Shown here: one piece after another, positions 1 through 11,654 of the stretch
Numbering within the stretch: position 1 is the first letter of the stretch
Layout of the letters: every line of letters starts with the position of its first letter
Position numbers and translations under genes: made by a program
Notes under the pieces: generated by a model
Seen by the model: the letters and a program-made list of their open reading frames with translations, nothing else
What the model was told of the DNA's origin: nothing
Databases searched by the model: none
NCBI RefSeq assembly: GCF_035084215.1
Contig: NC_090368.1
Span: 3,224,001 to 3,288,000 of the forward strand
Source of the DNA: Heptranchias perlo
Lineage: Eukaryota
DNA: 64,000 nucleotides
Direction: 5' to 3'

Positions 1-850
1 TGAGACTGGAGGAGGACGGGAGAGAGGGAGTGAGAGAGGGAGGGAGAGAGGGAGTGAGACCGGGAGAGGGGGAGTGAGACTGGAGGAGGACGGGAGAGGG
101 AGTGAGACCGGGAGAGGGGGAGTGAGACTGGGAGAGAGGGAGTGAGACTGGAGGAGGACGGGAGAGAGGGAGTGAGACTGAAGGAGGACGGGAGAGAGGG
201 AGTGAGAGAGGGAGAGGACGGGAGAGAGGGAGTGAGAGAGGGAGAGGACAGGAGAGGGGGAGTGAGACTGGGAGAGGGGGAGTGAGACTGGGAGAGGGGG
301 AGTGAGAGAGGGAGAGGACGGAGAGAGGGAGTGAGACTGGGAGAGGTGGAGTGAGAGAGGGAGAGGACGGAGAGAGGGAGTGAGACTGGGAGAGGGGGAG
401 TGAGAGATGGAGAGGGGGAGTGAGAGATGGAGAGGGGGAGTGAGACTGGGAGAGGGGGAGTGAGAGATGGAGAGGGGGAGTGAGAGATGGAGAGGGGGAG
501 TGAGAGATGGAGAGGGGGAGTGAGACTGGGAGAGGTGGAGTGAGACTGGGAGAGAGGGAGTGAGAGAGGGAGAGGGGGAGTGAGAGATGGAGAGGGGGAG
601 TGAGAGATGGAGAGAGGGAGTGAGACTGGGAGAGGTGGAGTGAGAGAGGGAGAGGGGGAGTGAGAGAGGGAGTGAGAGAGGGAGTGAGACTGGGAGAGGT
701 GGAGTGAGAGAGGGAGAGGTGGAGTGAGAGAGGGAGAGGTGGAGTGAGAGAGGGAGAGGTGGAGTGAGAGAGGGAGAGGGGGAGTGAGAGAGGGAGAGGG
801 GGAGTGAGAGATGGAGAGGGGGAGTGAGAGAGGGAGAGGACGGGGAGAGG
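1..850. repeat. Purine-rich minisatellite, ~20/29-bp units (GGAGTGAGACTGGGAGAGGG variants)
   Basis: Direct tandem repetition; runs off the window start. Confidence 0.95.
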
Positions 851-907
851 ACAGACCCGAGAGAAACGCCGCCGCCCCCTCTTAAAACCAAAAAACCCCC
901 AGCTCAC

Positions 908-1024
908 CTGCTGGTCTAACTCGGAGCCTGGCATCAAAGGCAGGGAGACAGAGGGACAGTGTGGATCGTGCCATAGGTTTGGGGGAGAGAGGGGGGGTTT
1001 ACAATCCTTCCAATGCACCAACAT
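908..1024 (-). CDS. Candidate first coding exon of an unidentified gene
   Basis: ATG at 1024 opens 39 codons (MLVHWKDCKPPLSPPNLWHDPHCPSVSLPLMPGSELDQQ) ending at a consensus donor CAG|GTGAG (907-903). Repeat-free upstream region with an NRF1-like GCGCATGCGT at 1271-1280. Protein not recognised. Confidence 0.4.
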
Positions 1025-1919
1025 TTCAAGGAAGAATTTTGCAACAAAAAAAACCACTCGAAATATTTATTTTCAAACTGCAACAATTCACTTTTGATTT
1101 AAAAATAAAAAGATTTTGTTTAAAACGCACCATTTAGAGAAACGGCTGAATTAAATAGTGAATTTCACGAAAACAACTTTTTGAAAAAAAAAATAAAGTG
1201 CAAAACCCTCAAAGTTATTTTAATTTAATTTCCCAATTCCCGTCAGTTTCTGGGCTATGTTAATTTCACGGCGCATGCGTCTGTCTCCAAGTCAATTGCA
1301 CTGCAGCAATATTGAGTTCCAGGGGTTTGAGATTGCAGTGAGTCTCTGATCCAGGCTTACTGCAGATCTCAGGGCATTGCAAAGCAGAGGGAGAAAAGGC
1401 TCCTTCCAGAAAAAAAACCCTTTAAAATAAAATAATGCATCATAAAATATATGGATTTAAAATATGACATTCAATAAGGCCTCGATTTTCTCTCTCTCTC
1501 TCCTTGTGCTGTTCTGGTCTCTCCACTTTTGTTCGACAGTTCACTTTATCAGACTTGTGGCTTGGCACAGAATGGCCCAAACCTTTTAAATCGAGGTTTC
1601 TATTTTTAAAAATTTGGTGTCTAGTCTGCACCCTTCAAAGTGTCAAAGCTGCTGGTTTTCTGCTGCCCTTGAAAGTGCGACCTCTGCTCGAGAACCAAGG
1701 GGGATTTACAAGCAGCCGCCAACCTTCCCCTCGACGGTTAGCCTCTAGTCGAGGTTAGGATGTGTCTGGTTTAGACCGTTTCCGCACAAGGTGTGCTTGG
1801 AGCAGTGGATTTAAAGGGGCAGGCCGGGTTGTACACCACAAGCGTACCCCAGGTCCCAGAACTGGGAGCAATCCCCACCGGGGGGCCCACTAGTGCCTAA
1901 CAATTGATTTACGAGGATG

Positions 1920-2720
1920 ATATCAGAACTGAGAGAGGTTCTAACTATCAGGAAAGAGTGAGCAGGCTGGGGCTCTTTTCTCTAGAAAAGAGGAGGCTGA
2001 GGGGTGACCTGATAGAGGTCTTTAAAATTATGAAGGGGTTTGATGGGGTAGACGTAGAGAAAATGTTTGTGAGGGGAGACCAGAACTAGGGGTCATAAAT
2101 ATAAGAGAGTCACTAATAAATCCAATGGGGAATTCAGGAGAAACTTCTTTACCCAGAGAGTGGTGAGAATGTGGAACTCGCTCCCACATGGAGTGGTTGA
2201 GGCGAATAACAGAGATGGATTTAAGGGGAAGCTGGATAAACACATGAGGGAGAAAGGAATAGAAGGATATGCTGATAGGGTGAGATGAAGAGGGGAGGGG
2301 GAGGCTCGTGTGGAGCATAAACACCAGCACAGACCAGTTGGGCCGAATGGCCTGTTTCCGTGCTGTAAATTCTATATAACAATTGACTGCCTAAAATTCT
2401 AGTCTTTGAAGCTGGCAGGACAAGTTGAGAAGGCTGTTAAAAAAGCATATGGGATCCTGGGCTTTATTAATAAAGGCATAGAGTACAAAAGCAAGGATGT
2501 TATGCTCAACCTTTATAAATCACTGGTTAGGCCCCAGCTGGAGTATTGTGTCCAATTCTGGGCACCGCACTTTAGGAAGGATGTCAAAGCCTTAGAGAGG
2601 GTGCAGAGGAGATTTACCAGAATGGTACAAGGGATGAGGGACTTAATTGGATAGCTCTTTCAAAGGGCTGGCAATGGCACAATGGGCCGAGTGGCCTCCT
2701 TCTGTGCCGTATGATTCGAA
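1920..2720 (+). mobile_element. Two CR1 LINE 3' fragments
   Basis: Peptides [24 protein letters not shown] and [19 protein letters not shown] are typical of the CR1 ORF2 C-terminus. Confidence 0.9.
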
Positions 2721-3049
2721 GTCCCACTCTCATGGTTGACGGGACTTGGAAGGGTTGGCCCAATCACTGGGAGCTGGGCCTTCTTCTCATTTGGCTCCTG
2801 CAGGCATCTTACCAGCGGCACATGGCGGTGAGCACCAACAATAGCCCCTGGCTCTTGCCAAAACTGAGCCTGGGTCTCTGGACTTTGGCAAGTGGGGGAA
2901 AGTGTGCACTTCGCAATCACCACGTGGGATACACTTGGTGTATGGATTTCCCGGCAGCTCGGAGTGCGGTCTCAAAAGCCTGATGAGTTCATAATTTTAA
3001 AACAAAATACAGAATTGGATTCCACAGGGCACAAGTGGGGGTACCTGAA

Positions 3050-3400
3050 TGTCTATTGACACCACTGAGTCAGCCAATGAGTTGGCCGGCAGGACAGGAC
3101 TTACAGCAAGCAGTGTCTATTTTACAGCAAACACAGTCTATTTACTCAGCGAATAAACAGCGCACTACAGCAAACAGTCTACAGAGTCTATTTAAAAAGA
3201 ACTACAGCAAACAGAACCCATGACCAAAACTACAGCAACTTCTCCCGATAAAGGCAGGGTGATTTCTCCGGCAAAATGCAGCGAGTGGAAGATCGTTACA
3301 GAATGCAAATTACGTGCGTAAAATCAGTCCCAGTCGCTTACAACAGTGCGGCTGCCGGGCGGGATTGGCGGAGGAATCACCCAATCATCTCCATTCCGGC
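3050..3400. repeat. Unclassified interspersed repeat (second, inverted copy at 28070-28365)
   Basis: Extended reverse-complement match, e.g. GCAACTTCTCCCGATAAA vs TTTATCGGGAGAAGTTGC and AAATTACGTGCGTAAAATCA vs TGATTTTACGCACGTAATTT. Confidence 0.8.
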
Positions 3401-3569
3401 CGGGAATTGGGGTGGCACTATATGCAGCCAGCCTCATGGCCAACCCCAATTACCCCCCGAGCTTTTGAGGACAGATTTGCTGAGGGTATCGGAGGGTGAA
3501 ATACATCCCCCACACAGGTGCATGTTTTGTCTTGTAAAAGGACCTCAGTGGGTAGATGCACCACCCAGT

Positions 3570-3860
3570 ATTCAGACATACAGACCAGGAAGGTCAAAGG
3601 TTTGATCCTCAAGTCTGCATGGAGTTAGCTGCTCTCAGCCAGCGAGACAGTACGGAGTGTGCTACAATTAGCCTCGCCGGGGGAGGGAGCGAATGGCCAA
3701 TGTTCCTGCTCCAGGCCCCCTGCGCAACATGCATCAGGTGAAGATTGTGATGCTCCCCACAGTCGAATGGCCTGACAACACTCACCGTTGGATGAGACCA
3801 CTTTGGGCAAGGTACTGCAGGGTAGGTAGTGCCTGTGGAACTGTGCCCCAGCGAGATTTA
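3570..3860 (+). mobile_element. SINE-like family 2 (other copies ~13200-13610 -, 18190-18380 -, 25815-25950 +, 30790-31110 +, 38270-38700)
   Basis: Shared motifs GAGTTAGCYGATCTCAGCC, CAATTGGCC, GATGCYCTCCACRGTCGAATRGCC; degenerate B-box-like GGTTYGATCC. Confidence 0.6.
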
Positions 3861-4284
3861 GTGCCTTTTACAGATACATAATTTTTCCATTGTAAATTAA
3901 TAATACTCCTCTCGGACCTTTTGTTCTCTTTTTTAAAGCATCAACATTTCTTCTGCTCTGCTCTCTGAATTTTTACTTCTATTGTGCACCGTCATGCGTG
4001 TGATGCGATAGGGGAAGTGGATGAGAGAGACTATGCAGTGTGTGCTCTCGTTTATTGAGAGGGAAGCATTTTTATAAATCACCGTAAATTCCCTCTCGCA
4101 ATGTTGTCCATGGTCAGTTGATAAATACAAGTTTTTTTTTCCACACACAAGGTGGTGACAAGAGCTTGGGGAGGGGCTTCGGAAACCTGCTCCACAGCGC
4201 CATCTACTGGCCAGAGCATGCAACGACACCGTGACAGGCAACTGTTTACATAGGGGATTTTCATTCTAAATGTTTATATTTTAG

Positions 4285-4440
4285 GGGCATGGTAGCGTGG
4301 TGGTTATGTTTCGGACGAGTGATCCAGAGGCCTGGACTAATAATTCAGTACAACGTGAGTTCAAATCCCACTGCGGTAGTTTGAGAATTTTGAATTCAGT
4401 TTATGAAGAAAATCTGGAAATAAAAAATGACCATGAAAAG
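4285..4440 (+). mobile_element. Diverged solo copy of the tRNA-like head found at the 5' end of the 53657-56950 LINE
   Basis: GGTAGCGTGTGGTTATGTT...GATCCAGAGGCCTGGACT...GAGTTCAAATCCC...AAATCTGGAA matches 53658-53830. Confidence 0.75.
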
Positions 4441-5464
4441 GGAAGACTTGCATTTATATATAGGATTAGGCCATTCGGCCCCTTGAGCCTGTTCCGCCAT
4501 TCAATGGGATCATGGCCGATCTGTATCCTGACTCCATCCACCGACCTTGGCTCCATATCCCTTCAGTTAGCAAAAAATCTATCGTTCTCCGATTTATAAT
4601 GATTAATTGAGCGAGCGTCTACTGCTTTTTGCGGGAGAGTGTTCCACACTTCGACCACCCTTTGCCTGAAGAAGTGTTTCTTAACTTCTCTCCGGAATGG
4701 CCTGGCTCTGATTTTAAGGTTATGCCCCCCTGTCCTGGACTCCCCCACATCCCAGGAACGAATATAAAAAATAGTTTCAATGTCAGATACTGCCGGAAAT
4801 ACATGAACAGGTTGTGACAGTCGGAGGTTGGGCAGGATACCTGCGATTTTTAAAAATAATTACGGATGCTTATGACTCAAAGCACATATTACATGAGAGA
4901 TTTCCTGGCTGTTGGTTTTGACACCAATTTGGCATTGGTTTCTGCGCGCATTGTCTCGTGTTATGAGGTGATTCCTCGATCTGCCTCTGAATGCTGCTCT
5001 GTGTGGCCCCCTCTCTCAGCTGGCCACGTTTAGACGTTCTCACCATTTATCAGACCTGACCATAGCCGAGGGAGAGCGAGCCAAATCACCATCGTGCCAG
5101 GGCATGATGTCAGCACTGAGCTCCCTAGAAAGGCCCGAGCCCAGCAGGTGGGTCTTTTTGCTCCCTTTTCATTCTGCTAACTCTGTGTCTTTACCTCTTT
5201 CTGCTGCCTTTCCTTTGCTTTTCTATGAACCACTTGTCACTTGATTTCCGTCCCTTCTGGGCGAACAAAAGATTTCGTTCTCACTGGGGCGTCTGAGGCG
5301 CGGATGAATGTTAGCTGTGAACGTTTGCTCTAATTGGGGCTAACGTTGTCTCTCTTGCTCCCAAGGAGCTGGGAGGGGAGTGGGACGGGGGTGGAATTGT
5401 CACACTGGTGCAGTGAGAGTCCCTGAACCGGTTATAAAATAAAGGCACAATCTCAGTTTAATAA

Positions 5465-5890
5465 AAAGATTTGCATTTCTATCGTGCCTTTCACGACCTC
5501 AGGACGTCCCGAAGCTCTTTACAGCCAATGAAATATAGTGACTGTTAGAATGTGGGAAACGTGGCAGCCAATTTGTGCACAGCAAGATCCAACAGACAGC
5601 AATGTGATAAATGACCGGATTAGCGATGTTGGTTGAGGGATTAATATTGGCCAGGAGCTCCCCGAGCTCTTCTTCCAATAGTGGCCGTGGGATCTTTTAC
5701 CATCGCCTCAGAGGGGCAGACGGGGCCTCGGATTAGCGTGTCACCTGAAAGACGGCACCTCCGACAGTGCAGCATTCCCTCAGTACTGCAGTGAAGTGTC
5801 AGCCTGGGCTTTCGTCTCAAGTGGGGACTCGAACCCACGACATTGGAACTCAGAGGTGAGAGTGCTGCCCACTGAGCCTCGGCTGACATT
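5465..5890 (-). mobile_element. tRNA-derived DeuSINE/SacSINE1-like SINE (further copies: 7365-7680 +, 13660-14125 -, 18865-19275 -, 24845-25115 -, 29260-29730 -, 34475-34775 -, 38770-39070 +, 42640-43075 -, 46754-47510 -)
   Basis: tRNA-like head (GGCTCAGTGGGCAGCAC...GGTTCGAGTCCC), Deu-domain-like core (CCGTCTGCCC...AAAGATCCCACGGCCACT...CCTGGCCAATATT) and an L2-like tail. Confidence 0.8.
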
Positions 5891-6409
5891 TGGATAGCGG
5901 AGGGGGGCGGGGGTGTCTCTGCAGTCTCAGGGAGAGGAGTTGTACTGTGAATCCCCATAGAATGGCAATCGAGAACGAGTGAAAGCTAGGTACAACCTCA
6001 GCTCCCACAGTGCTGGGATAGCGTTTCACTGGTTCTGGGGTAACCCTGTGAGCAATCTTCATGTGCAAGACAGTGGGTGCCAGCAGACTATTCGACCATG
6101 GAGGGCATCACAGGTGAGCCATTAACGCACATGCACCGCCTTGGCTGAGGACCCAGAGAGCTGCAGGCATCCCCCCGCCATCAACAACTTGCATTTATCC
6201 AGAGCCTTTAACGTAGCACCGTGTCCCGAGGAGCCTGACAGTCACAAGGGGAAATGGGCGTTGAGCCAGAGGAGAGGTTAGGAGAGGCGGCCTGAAGCTT
6301 TGGGTGGGTTTCAAGGTTGGGGGTGGGGGTCGTAAAGGATTTTAAAAGGAAATCCAGAGAGTGGAATCCTACAGCTGTCAATGGGGAAGGGGAGGAGGCC
6401 CGAAAGGAG

Positions 6410-6900
6410 CAAGCCTCTGCTGCCCCCGTATCCTAACTCGCACCGAGTCCCGTTCACCCATCACCCCCCAGTGCTCGCTGACCTACATCGGCTCCCAGTC
6501 CAGGAACGCCTCGATTTTAAAATTCTCATCCTTGTGTTCAAATCCCTCCATGGCCCTCGCCCCCTCCCTATCTCTGTAACCTCCTCCAGCCCTACGACCC
6601 TCCAAGATCTCTGCGCTCCTCCAATTCTGGCCTCTGGGCAATCCCCCACTCCCTTCGCCTCATCATTGGCGGCCGTGCCTTCAGCTGCCTGGGCCCTAAG
6701 CTCTGGAATTCCCTCCCTAAACCTCTCCGCCTCTCTCTCCTCCTTTAAGACTCTCCTTAAAACCGACCTCTTTGACCGAGCTTTTGGTCGCCTGTCCTAA
6801 TATCTCCCTATGTGGCTCGGTGTCAAATTTTGTTTGATAATCGGTCCTGTGAAGAGCCTCGGGACGTTTTACTACGTTAAAGGCGCTATATAAATGCAGG
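6410..6900 (+). mobile_element. L2 LINE 3' end (further copies: 17810-18160 -, 25430-25810 -, 27079-27560 -, 33025-33210 -, 34075-34460 -, 37745-38195 -, 57150-57550 +, 61860-62230 +)
   Basis: Encodes LHRLPV..RLDFKILILVFKSLHG and RAFSCLGPKLWNSLP (L2 ORF2 C-terminus); tail GGCGCTATATAAATGCA. Confidence 0.85.
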
Positions 6901-8153
6901 CTGATGTGTAGGGCAAGAGGTTACAAGACCACGATGAGGGGGAATTTAAACACAAGGATGAGAATTCTAAAATCAGGGACAAGACTGGCAGAGAAATGAA
7001 AATTTTGGACACCACAAAGGCAGACAAGCAGTGAAAGGCTTTCCCCGAGTCGGCCTGTTTCTGGGACTCAGCGTGGGATGGACGCACGTAAAAGAAGCCC
7101 GATTAATTTATCTCGGGCTCAGAGCAGAGCTGGAGGGGGCTGTGGATCGTCAGCGACACCTCGTTCCCAAAAGGCCGATTAGCAGATAATCAGCTCCTCT
7201 CCGTGCCGCGGTTCAGTGAGGTGACAACGAGGACGACAGAAAGCCACACGGGATCTTATTCTTTCCGGAGCCCAAGGTTCAAGGTCATCTCGGCCGTTCT
7301 GGTTAGTTCTTAGCTGTCCCCGTTTCCCGTGTCCGAGAGTTCTTCATCAGTGTTTCGTTTCTTTAAACACTGAGGGAGCGCAGCACTGCCGGAGGTGCCC
7401 GTCTTTCGGATGAGACGTTAAACCGAGGCCCCGTCTGCCCCCCTCAGAAGAACGTAAAAGACGAAGAGCAGAGGAGTTCTCCCTGGTGTCCTGGTCCGAT
7501 ATTCATCACTAAAACAGATGATCTGGGTCATTGTCACATTGCTGTTTGTGGGATCTTGCTGTGCGCAAATTGGCTGCCTGCAACAGTGACCACACTTCAA
7601 AAAGTGCTTCATCGGCTGTAAAGCGCTTTGGGACGTCCTGAGGTCGTGAAAGGCGCGATAGAAATGCAAGTTCTTTCTTTCCTTGTTTTTTTTTTACCGA
7701 CTTCCCCCCCCTCCCCGCCCGAAACTCGGTTCAGGGCACTGAGGCCAACTATGGTTCACGGCTGCCGCCACGATTGAGGTCGGCAGTAGGGACAAACGTG
7801 CAGGAGGGAGGAGGCTGCAGCCTGCGCTGCTGCTCGCTGCAGCACTGCGATGCATTATTGATGCAGCAGTGCAGAAATTGCCACCTAAAGCAGGTTAGGG
7901 AGATGTGCTGACCGCAGCATTTCACGCAGCGAACGTGACTCTTTTGTACATGTGGTAATCCGGCCGTGCAGGGCGAGTCAGCTGCTTTCTCCCCCTCAAT
8001 CCAACTTCGGCCCAGCTCCATGCAGCTGGACTCTGCGGCAGTCTTCAACCTAAAAAAATCAATTTGGAATATCTGCAGCAATGCTGTTTGTTTTTTAATT
8101 TATATTTTTGTGGTGAGTTTTTGTGCTGCAAGAGGTACTTCTGATAAAAGCAA

Positions 8154-9505
8154 GTGTCCCATCAAACACTCCCAGGGCAGGTACAGCACGGGTTAGATAC
8201 AGAGTAAAGCTCCCTCTACACTGTCCCATCAAACACTCCCAGGGCAGGTACAGCACGGGTTAGATACAGAGTAAAGCTCCCTCTACACTGTCCCATCAAA
8301 CACTCCCAGGGCAGGTACAGCACAGGTTAGATACAGAGTAAAGCTCCCTCTACACTGTCCCATCAAACACTCCCAGGGCAGGTACAGCACGGGTTAGATA
8401 CAGAGTAAAGCTCCCTCTACACGGTCCCATCAAACACTCCCAGGGCAGGTACAGGGTTAGATACAGAGTAAAGCTCCCTCTACACTGTCCCATCAAACAC
8501 TCCCAGAGCAGGTACAGGGTTAGATACAGAGTAAAGCTCCCTCTACACTGTCCCATCAAACACTCCCAGGGCAGGTACAGGGTTAGATACAGAGTAAAGC
8601 TCCCTCTACACGGTCCCATCAAACACTCCCAGGGCAGGTACAGGGTTAGATACAGAGTAAAGCTCCCTCTACACTGTCCCATCAAACACTCCCAGGGCAG
8701 GTACAGCACAGGTTAGATACAGAGTAAAGCTCCCTCTACACTGTCCCATCAAACACTCCCAGGGCAGGTACAGCACGGGTTAGATACAGAGTAAAGCTCC
8801 CTCTACACTGTCCCATCAAACACTCCCAGGGCAGGTACAGCACGGGTTAGATACAGAGTAAAGCTCCCTCTACACTGTCCCATCAAACACTCCCAGGGCA
8901 GGTACAGCACAGGTTAGATACAGAGTAAAGCTCCCTCTACACTGTCCCATCAAACACTCCCAGGGCAGGTACAGCACGGGTTAGATACAGAGTAAAGCTC
9001 CCTCTACACGGTCCCATCAAACACTCCCAGGGCAGGTACAGGGTTAGATACAGAGTAAAGCTCCCTCTACACTGTCCCATCAAACACTCCCAGAGCAGGT
9101 ACAGGGTTAGATACAGAGTAAAGCTCCCTCTACACTGTCCCATCAAACACTCCCAGGGCAGGTACAGGGTTAGATACAGAGTAAAGCTCCCTCTACACGG
9201 TCCCATCAAACACTCCCAGGGCAGGTACAGGGTTAGATACAGAGTAAAGCTCCCTCTACACTGTCCCATCAAACACTCCCAGGGCAGGTACAGCACAGGT
9301 TAGATACAGAGTAAAGCTCCCTCTACACTGTCCCATCAAACACTCCCAGGGCAGGTACAGGGTTAGATACAGAGTAAAGCTCCCTTTACACTGTCCCATC
9401 AAACACTCCCAGGGCAGGTACAGGGTTAGATACAGAGTAAAGCTCCCTCTACACTGTCCCATCAAGCACTCCCAGGGCAGGTACAGCACAGGTTAGATAC
9501 AGAGT
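8154..9505. repeat. 67/63-bp satellite with a 587-bp higher-order repeat
   Basis: Unit TGTCCCATCAAACACTCCCAGGGCAGGTACAGCACGGGTTAGATACAGAGTAAAGCTCCCTCTACAC; the 63-bp variant lacks 4 nt. ORFs at 8350 and 8937 translate identically. Confidence 0.95.
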
Positions 9506-9506
9506 G

Positions 9507-9972
9507 AGAACATAAGAAATAGGAGCAGGAGTAGGCCATTCGGCCCCTCGAGCCTGCTCCGCCATTCAATCAGATCATGGCTGATCTTCTACCTCAACTC
9601 CACTTTCCTGCCCGATCCCCGTATCCCTCGATTCTCCTAGAGCCCAAAAATCTGTCGATCTCAGCCTTGAATATACTCAATGACTGAGCCTTCACAGCCC
9701 TCTGGGGTAGAGAATTCCAAAGATTCACAACCCTCTGAGTGAAGAAATTCCTCCTCATCTCAGTCTTAAATGGCCGACCCCTTATCCTGAGACTATGTCC
9801 TCTAGTTCTAGACTCTCCAGCCAGGGGAAACAATCTCTCAGCATCTCCCCTGTCAAGCCCTCTAAGAATTTTATACATTTCAATAAGATCACCTCTCATT
9901 CTTCTAAACTCCAGGGAGTATGGGCCCATTCTACTCAACCTCTCCTCATAGGACAACCCTCTCATCCCAGGC
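9507..9972 (-). mobile_element. CR1 LINE 3' end
   Basis: YEERLSRMG..EFRRMRGDLIE..RNFFTQRVVNLWNSLP; tail (TTCTTATG)n. Confidence 0.9.
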
Positions 9973-10304
9973 ATCGATCTGGTGAAGCTCCTGACAGTCA
10001 GCCTGAGCCCCAGCGGGCCTCTTATTCCACCATTCCACACTTGTGGCCCCTCTGGTGTTTTGGAAAAGTTCACATGACGTACCTGAAGTGTGTGGGCCTC
10101 CTTGTCCATGGCTGGATCTGGTTCCGTCACTGACCGGGAGGAGACACGAGCTCTGGTGCGGCTCCAACTCACAGCAACAGGCCTGGGAATCCCACTCCCC
10201 TCCGGCCTTTTCTCACTCACCAAGGAGACCAAACGAAAGCGCCTCCTTTTCGGAGCGGCACAATTAATAAGGCACTCAGCCGAAAAAGCAAAGGAAACTT
10301 ATGA

Positions 10305-10610
10305 AATTAAGTAATAATGCTGCGCCTAGTATCCAGTCTGCCCCGCGGTGCCCACCGGTCGCGGAGGGCCTCCGGGGTATCAGCAGACACTGCAAGCTCC
10401 TTCTCCAGGGCCACAGGCAGCCGGAACGACCCACTCTCCCCACGGGCCCCGTCCCACCTGGACCTGCGGACGTCGACCTCGGCCAGGCCCGGGAGAAGGT
10501 CCTGTGACTTGCCCTCAGCCTGCCCTCCGCACCGGGCGGCCAAAGAGCGGCAGCGTGGGGCTGAGGTGGAGCGGCCTCTTCAAAGAATGGGAGTCAGTGA
10601 AGTAATGTAA
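10305..10610 (-). mobile_element. Degraded Tx1/L1-like LINE ORF2 C-terminal remnant
   Basis: HLSPTLPLFGRPVRR and LEKELAVSADTPEALRDRWAP resemble, from memory, Tx1-like C-termini of fishes. Confidence 0.5.
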
Positions 10611-10824
10611 AAACTTACTGAATGGGACTGCACTGTGCAATAGTATCATGGTTGGTCCAATGCTGTCCACCCCAGTGGTCGGGGTATGCTGCAGACGCTC
10701 AGCGAGTTTACCTGAAAGTCAGCGAGCCTCGACCGTGGGATCAGGCAGCCTGTCTTGGCACCGAGAGTAAGCGGCTATTTGGCTCAGACCGTGAGGAGTC
10801 CTGAACTCGCGACTTAGCAGCACC

Positions 10825-10948
10825 TTCACCACATGGACTGCAGCGGTTCGAGAAGGCGGCTCACCACCACCTTCTCAGGGGGCAACTGGGGACGGGCGAG
10901 AAATGCCGGCCTTGCCAGTGGCGCCCACGTCCCCGGAACGATTAAATA
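10825..10948 (+). mobile_element. 3' tip of the family-B LINE
   Basis: GGACTGCAGCGGTTC..AAGGCGGCTCACCACCACCTTCTC matches 56835-56945. Confidence 0.8.
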
Positions 10949-11654
10949 CGGAGGCATCTCGAACCACCGCAGTAAGAGACAACCTGGGGACTTAATTCTC
11001 AATTTCATTTGGTCGTTTCAGTACAATAAAGAGTCCCGCATCAAAGAGACAGAATTGAGGCAAATTTTACGATTACAAGGAATTCTATATTACAAACCAT
11101 TGTAAAATACAGAATTTTTTTTTTTTACTTTCATTCATAAAATACTGTACATTAAAATCAAAGGTCAAAACCCACAGTCCGTCAGTAACTAACGATAATT
11201 AAAGAGGGTCCTCGCCCCCAACTTTCAAAAGACAAGCCTGTCGATCACTTGTATTCCACCCTCCATGTCTGAAAGGGGGCGGGTTTGGTCCCTGGCGGGC
11301 ACTAACCGCCCTCTGGCACCCTGCCCGTACCTCACACGTCCGATCCCTGAGTCTGTTCCCCCCACAATCGACGCAGGGAAGCGGGGTGGGGGGGGGGAAC
11401 GGAGGCCAATATTGGCCGCCCCCCTTTCAATGAAGCCGCCTCGGTTGAGATCAGATGAGGGACTGCCCTTTTACCCGTGTGGCGTCCTCAGGTACTTCTT
11501 TGCACTAAGTTATTAGTTGGTGGGGGGAGGAGGGGGGTACTTGAAATTTAGAGAAACGTAACAGTGTACGTTACGGGGTAGAATGTTTATAAAGGACATG
11601 AAACCTGCGTCCCAAACGGGAGCGCAGTGCAGTAACAGAGTGGAGATTGGCTCC

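Noticed and set aside
7205-7290. Nuclear-receptor half-site pairs (GGTTCAAGGTCA) as a CRABP2 retinoic-acid response element
   Set aside because: Spacing is not DR1/2/5, short motifs arise by chance, and no CRABP2 exon is visible.
9594-10232. 212-aa ORF as a chimeric gene
   Set aside because: The C-terminal half is a CR1 tail; the N-terminal half has no recognisable homology or splice signals.
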